Of a stretch of DNA of 64,000 bases, positions 60,118 to 64,000 are shown piece after piece. The stretch lies in contig CAXXLZ010000002.1 in the NCBI GenBank assembly GCA_963675595.2, positions 2,304,001-2,368,000 on the forward strand, given 5' to 3'. A program made the position numbers and the translations under genes. Below the pieces are notes generated by a model that had not been told where the DNA came from, searched no databases, and saw only the letters and a program-made list of their open reading frames with translations. This DNA is from Thermodesulfobacteriota bacterium. GTDB lineage: Bacteria; Desulfobacterota; Desulfarculia; JACQYL01. Every line of letters begins with the position of its first letter. The first letter of the stretch is position 1.

Positions 60118-61302
60118 ATGAAGCGCGTTTTGACTCTGTTGATGGTCGCCTGTTTGCTGCTCGGCCTGAGTTCCCTTGCCGTGGGGGATGATGGTCCCAT
60201 CAAGATCGGTGCGTTCTTTGCACTTTCCGGCCCGGCGGCGCACATAGGTACACCCACCAAATTGGTGGCGGAAATGGCCGTAAGCGAAATCAACAAAAAG
60301 GGCGGCATCAACGGCCGTCCCATCCAACTGGTCGTGGGAGATACGGAAGGAGAACCCACCAAAGCCATCATGACGGCCAAGCGTTTCATCGAGGTCGAAA
60401 AGGTTTCGGCAATTATCGGTCCCACGCGTACCGGCACCGGCATGGCCGTCAAGAAAATCATCGAGCAGGCGCAAATTCCAACCTTCATGACCGTGGGAGG
60501 CGACCCGGTGATCATGTCCGGAGTCCACGGCGGGAAAAATCTGGGCACGGCTCACTGGATTTTCAAATCCCCTCAACGTTCTTCCACCGCTGTTGCCAAA
60601 GTGTACGAATACCTCAAAGCCAAAGGGGTGAAAAAGATCGCCCTCCTTACGGCTTCCGACGGTTTCGGAAAAGACGGCAAGCGATGGCTCACCAAGTCCG
60701 CCGGTGATTTCGGACTGAGCATTGTGATGGATGAAACGTTCAATCCCGCCGATACCGATATGTCCACTCAGCTCACCAAAATCCGTAATTCCGACGCCGA
60801 GGTCATCATCTGCTGGACCATCGGACCCGCGGGATCCATTGTAGCGAAGAATGCCGCTCAATTGGGCATCGACAAGCCCTTGTTCCAGTGCCACGGTCTG
60901 CCCGGACCGGATTACATCGAACTGGCGGGTGAGGCTTCGGAGGGGAACCTGATGCCTTCCACCAAGCTCATGGCGCCGACTCAGCTACTCGACTCCGATC
61001 CGCAGAAGCCGGTGATCGCGGAATTCGTCCGGCTCTACAATGACGAGTACGGCCTCAACAAGGAGTTCCCCATAAATACCCATTCCGGATACGCTTGGGA
61101 CGCCCTGATGATTGTTGCCGATGCTATGGAAAAAGTGGGGACGGACCCGGAGAAGCTTCGCTCCGCCATCGAAACGACCCAGAACCATGTCGGTGTAAGC
61201 GGCGTCTACAACCTGTCGCCCGATGATCATAACGGACTCAACACGGATTCCATGATCATCGTCAAAATTGAGAACGGTAATTGGGTTCTTCAGCCCTACT
61301 GA
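60118..61302 (+). CDS. LIV-type ABC transporter substrate-binding protein
   Basis: Signal peptide, IKIGA..LSGPAA, INKKGGINGRPI; AGGAGG RBS. Confidence 0.9.
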   Translation: MKRVLTLLMVACLLLGLSSLAVGDDGPIKIGAFFALSGPAAHIGTPTKLVAEMAVSEINKKGGINGRPIQLVVGDTEGEPTKAIMTAKRFIEVEKVSAIIGPTRTGTGMAVKKIIEQAQIPTFMTVGGDPVIMSGVHGGKNLGTAHWIFKSPQRSSTAVAKVYEYLKAKGVKKIALLTASDGFGKDGKRWLTKSAGDFGLSIVMDETFNPADTDMSTQLTKIRNSDAEVIICWTIGPAGSIVAKNAAQLGIDKPLFQCHGLPGPDYIELAGEASEGNLMPSTKLMAPTQLLDSDPQKPVIAEFVRLYNDEYGLNKEFPINTHSGYAWDALMIVADAMEKVGTDPEKLRSAIETTQNHVGVSGVYNLSPDDHNGLNTDSMIIVKIENGNWVLQPY

Positions 61303-61310
61303 CGAATACA

Positions 61311-61343
61311 GGGGCCTCCGCACCCGTCACTTTCGGAGGCCCC
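61311..61343 (+). terminator. 10-bp hairpin after the substrate-binding protein gene
   Basis: GGGGCCTCCG-N13-CGGAGGCCCC; no clear U-tract. Confidence 0.4.
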
Positions 61344-61547
61344 GAAACCCGTCACCGCGCCTTGCCCTCCTTCGGGCGGCTCCTCTCCCAGTATTTAGAG
61401 GGGACCTCCCGGAAGTTGAGACTTCACCCAAGCTTCCCCTCCCTGAAACGCGATCCCATTATACGCGGCTTCAAAGCGATTCCACAGGGAAACGAGTCAT
61501 TTTCCAAGGCGATTCTCCTTTCGCGAGCCCCGGGAGGTACAAACCCA

Positions 61548-62135
61548 ATGACCCGCAGCATTCGTTGCTACTCGTTATGCCTAGTCTTCACAACAGTCAC
61601 GCTGCTGTTCTTCGCCGGAGTCGCGGCCGGTGTGCAGCCCTGTCGGACCGTACCCCAAAGGTCGCGTGTCGATCTGAAAGCCGCTTACGCTTTCTCATTC
61701 AACACGGTCAGCAAACCCGAGTTTTTTTCCGTGCTGCCTTCCTATTCCTACATCCTCAACCGTTTCGGCAGTGAAGACCTTGGGCTGGATGTCGAGGTTG
61801 TGCTGGAGGGTCTGTTCGATTATTATACCGAACCGGAGACCGGCTATGGATACGGGGCCATTCCCATGCTCAGGCTGAACCTCATCAATCGTGTCCTGGT
61901 TCCCTACATCAGCGCCGGCAGTGGGCCGTACTATCTCGACCTTACGGTTCACGAACTTGGGCAGAAGTTCAACTTCAAATCTCAAGCGGAGTTCGGGCTT
62001 CGGGCGCCTTTCGGCAATGGTTGGTCCGCAGAAGCCGCCTATCGAGCCCAGCACGTATCCAACCTCGGCATGAGCGATAGAAACGACGGGATCAACAGCC
62101 ACCAGGTCGTATTCGGGTTCGCCTATCGATTCTGA
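61548..62135 (+). CDS. Outer-membrane beta-barrel, PagL/acyloxyacyl hydrolase family
   Basis: Signal peptide; FNF.SQ..FG, HVSN.G....NDGINS motif, terminal YRF. Confidence 0.8.
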   Translation: MTRSIRCYSLCLVFTTVTLLFFAGVAAGVQPCRTVPQRSRVDLKAAYAFSFNTVSKPEFFSVLPSYSYILNRFGSEDLGLDVEVVLEGLFDYYTEPETGYGYGAIPMLRLNLINRVLVPYISAGSGPYYLDLTVHELGQKFNFKSQAEFGLRAPFGNGWSAEAAYRAQHVSNLGMSDRNDGINSHQVVFGFAYRF

Positions 62136-62180
62136 ATACCGCCGGCCCTTCAGGGCCGTCGTTCCTTGCAGGGAGATGAA

Positions 62181-63116
62181 ATGAGCCACAAGGTACTGAT
62201 CAGCCTGGATGATTCACTCCAGTCCAGTCGCGTGGTGGATTACGCCGTGCGCATTTCCAGCGTCATCCAAGACATGGAATACACCCTCATGAACGTTCAA
62301 CCCCCGATTCCTCCTTTTATCACGGATGAAGCCAAAAAGGACAGCAAGGCCTATCAGGAGTTGGCGCGTCTCAAACAACGAAACGAGACCGCGGCGAACG
62401 CCGTTTTGGAGAAATGCAAAACCCGGATGGCCGATCGGGGAGTCCCGGAAAGTCGCATCGAGTTTCTCACAAGACCAAGAAGGTTGGGGGTCGCCCAGGA
62501 TATTCTCGACACGGCTGAAAAGGGCATGTACGACGCACTACTTCTTGGACGGCGAGGCCTCACCAAAGCCCAACAACTTTTCATCGGCAGCGTGTCCAAC
62601 AAAATTATCAACAACGCCTCCGTGATACCCGTCTGGATTATCGACGGAGAAATCACTTCGATGAAAATTCTCGTGGCGGTGGACGGCTCCTCCGCTTCCC
62701 TTCGCGCCGTGGACCACCTGACCTACATGGTCGGCGGCAACCCCGACGTGACCATCACTTTTCTCCATGTAACGCCCAAGCTCGCCGACTACTGCTCCAT
62801 CGACCTCGGTGAGGAGGACGGTACCCAGACCCTTGAAGCCGCCCTCTTAGAGGAAGATGCCAAATGCATCGACGCCTTTCATGCAAAGGCCATGTCGATG
62901 ATCAAAGAGGCCGGTATTGCGGAAGACCAAGTCGCCTTTAAGACAAAAACCACCACCATGGGGGTTGCAAAAGCCGTGCGGGAGGAAGCCAGACGCGGTA
63001 AGTACGGAACCGTGGTGATCGGACGGAAAGGACAGAGCAACTCGTTTTTCATGGGCAGCGTGTCCAACAAGCTCATCCAGATGATGACCAACTGCGCTCT
63101 CTGGGTGACCGTGTAG
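62181..63116 (+). CDS. Tandem universal stress protein
   Basis: Two USP domains (KVLISLDDS/KILVAVDGS; GRRG...GSVSNK twice). Confidence 0.92.
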   Translation: MSHKVLISLDDSLQSSRVVDYAVRISSVIQDMEYTLMNVQPPIPPFITDEAKKDSKAYQELARLKQRNETAANAVLEKCKTRMADRGVPESRIEFLTRPRRLGVAQDILDTAEKGMYDALLLGRRGLTKAQQLFIGSVSNKIINNASVIPVWIIDGEITSMKILVAVDGSSASLRAVDHLTYMVGGNPDVTITFLHVTPKLADYCSIDLGEEDGTQTLEAALLEEDAKCIDAFHAKAMSMIKEAGIAEDQVAFKTKTTTMGVAKAVREEARRGKYGTVVIGRKGQSNSFFMGSVSNKLIQMMTNCALWVTV

Positions 63117-63194
63117 CGTCTTCCCCGACGGGCGGGCTGGGGACCCGACGCTACACACTTCAGTACCCCGGTTATCTCCGGCATACGCTGCAGC

Positions 63195-63242
63195 AAAAAG
63201 GCCGGGCGCATCCTCCATTGAGAGAGCGCGCCCGGCCTTTTT
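63195..63242. terminator. Bidirectional intrinsic terminator
   Basis: AAAAAGGCCGGGCGC...GCGCCCGGCCTTTTT between convergent genes. Confidence 0.75.
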
Positions 63243-63269
63243 CCACTCAGTATTTTCGAGGACAACGAA

Positions 63270-63848
63270 TCACGCGACCCGTTGGGTCTCCATCCGACCG
63301 ATGTAATCCTCCACCAGCACGTTGTGGTCTTTGTCTTTCAATTTTTTCCTGATCTTATCCTCGGCGATGTCCACCGCCATGTCGACCAGTTCTTCCACCA
63401 ACTCGTGGTGCGCCCTTCGAATTTCGAATTCGGCACTCGCTTTGGCCGCCGTAATCAACCGCTCAGCGGTTTCTTCGGCGTCCGCAAGGATTCGCTTCTT
63501 CTGAGCTTCCCCTTGTGCCTGGATAATATCCTTCAGTTCACGAATCTTTTCGTCGGCTTTGGAAACCTCTTCGAGGATTTCCCGGTATTCCGCATCGGCC
63601 TCATCACGGAAGGTTTCCGCCTTCTTGATATCCGAATCGATCTCCTCGGTCCTACCGGCCAGGAAATTGGTCAAAGGGGCTTTGCCGAATTTGACGATCA
63701 CGAATACCAGGATGAGGAAGTTGCCGATCTTCCAGGCGAGATCCCACTCGTCCCGGTATTCCCAAGTTCCCCCGTCCTCGGCGACGGCGAGAGTCGCCGC
63801 GGCGAAGAATCCGAAGGCAACGGGTGCGGCTGCTTTAATCCATCTCAT
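63270..63848 (-). CDS. atpF: F0F1 ATP synthase subunit b
   Basis: N-terminal extension, WKIGNFLIL TM, P...FL..R.EEI coiled coil, DH..LVEDYI end. Confidence 0.85.
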   Translation of the reverse strand: MRWIKAAAPVAFGFFAAATLAVAEDGGTWEYRDEWDLAWKIGNFLILVFVIVKFGKAPLTNFLAGRTEEIDSDIKKAETFRDEADAEYREILEEVSKADEKIRELKDIIQAQGEAQKKRILADAEETAERLITAAKASAEFEIRRAHHELVEELVDMAVDIAEDKIRKKLKDKDHNVLVEDYIGRMETQRVA

Positions 63849-64000
63849 TTCAGCTCCCTGCCGACTACCTTCCGGGTCAGGTAAAGTGAAAGAGCCGTCG
63901 CCTGCTTCTTGAACTCTCTTCGAGCCGAATTCGCCTGACCGGCAATTTCGTCTCGAATGGCGGAGACGATCTTGGCTTCTTCCTCTTTGGTCTGGATGAC
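63845..64000 (-). CDS. F0F1 ATP synthase subunit b' (C-terminal part only)
   Basis: Translates ...ARREFKKQATALSLYLTRKVVGRELK-stop; TGA overlaps the atpF ATG. Confidence 0.7.
   Translation of the reverse strand, partial: VIQTKEEEAKIVSAIRDEIAGQANSARREFKKQATALSLYLTRKVVGRELK

Noticed and set aside
58537-60894. 423-aa and 361-aa minus-strand ORFs
   Set aside because: Antisense shadows of paaK and the binding-protein gene.
1-64000. CRISPR arrays, tRNA/rRNA genes, IS elements, prophage or defence genes
   Set aside because: No regularly spaced direct repeats, cloverleafs, transposase/integrase motifs or compositional islands seen by eye.

Overview
About 58% GC chromosomal window from an anaerobic Desulfobacterota (deltaproteobacterium)-like organism; the lineage is inferred from gene content. 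It holds housekeeping blocks: hisS-aspS; rpsB-tsf-frr-uppS-cdsA-dxr-rseP-tsaB, notably without pyrH; psd-pssA-asd-fba; glgA. Scattered motility and signalling genes include an orphan fliN, an MCP, a PAS/GAF hybrid kinase and a PilZ flagellar-brake protein. There is also an oxidative-stress cluster (rubrerythrin-like, Tat-exported SOD, TrxB), an AOR with two MoaD-like proteins, a LIV-type ABC transporter with paaK, and an atpF'/atpF pair not followed by atpH. I saw no rRNA, tRNA, CRISPR array or mobile element. The best novelty candidates are (1) an acidic, disordered protein upstream of fliN carrying six copies of a FliM-N/CheZ-C-like CheY-P-binding peptide, a possible multivalent CheY-P sponge or scaffold, and (2) a sigma54/IHF-driven ~70-nt small RNA with an anti-Shine-Dalgarno-like stretch, divergent from the PilZ gene.
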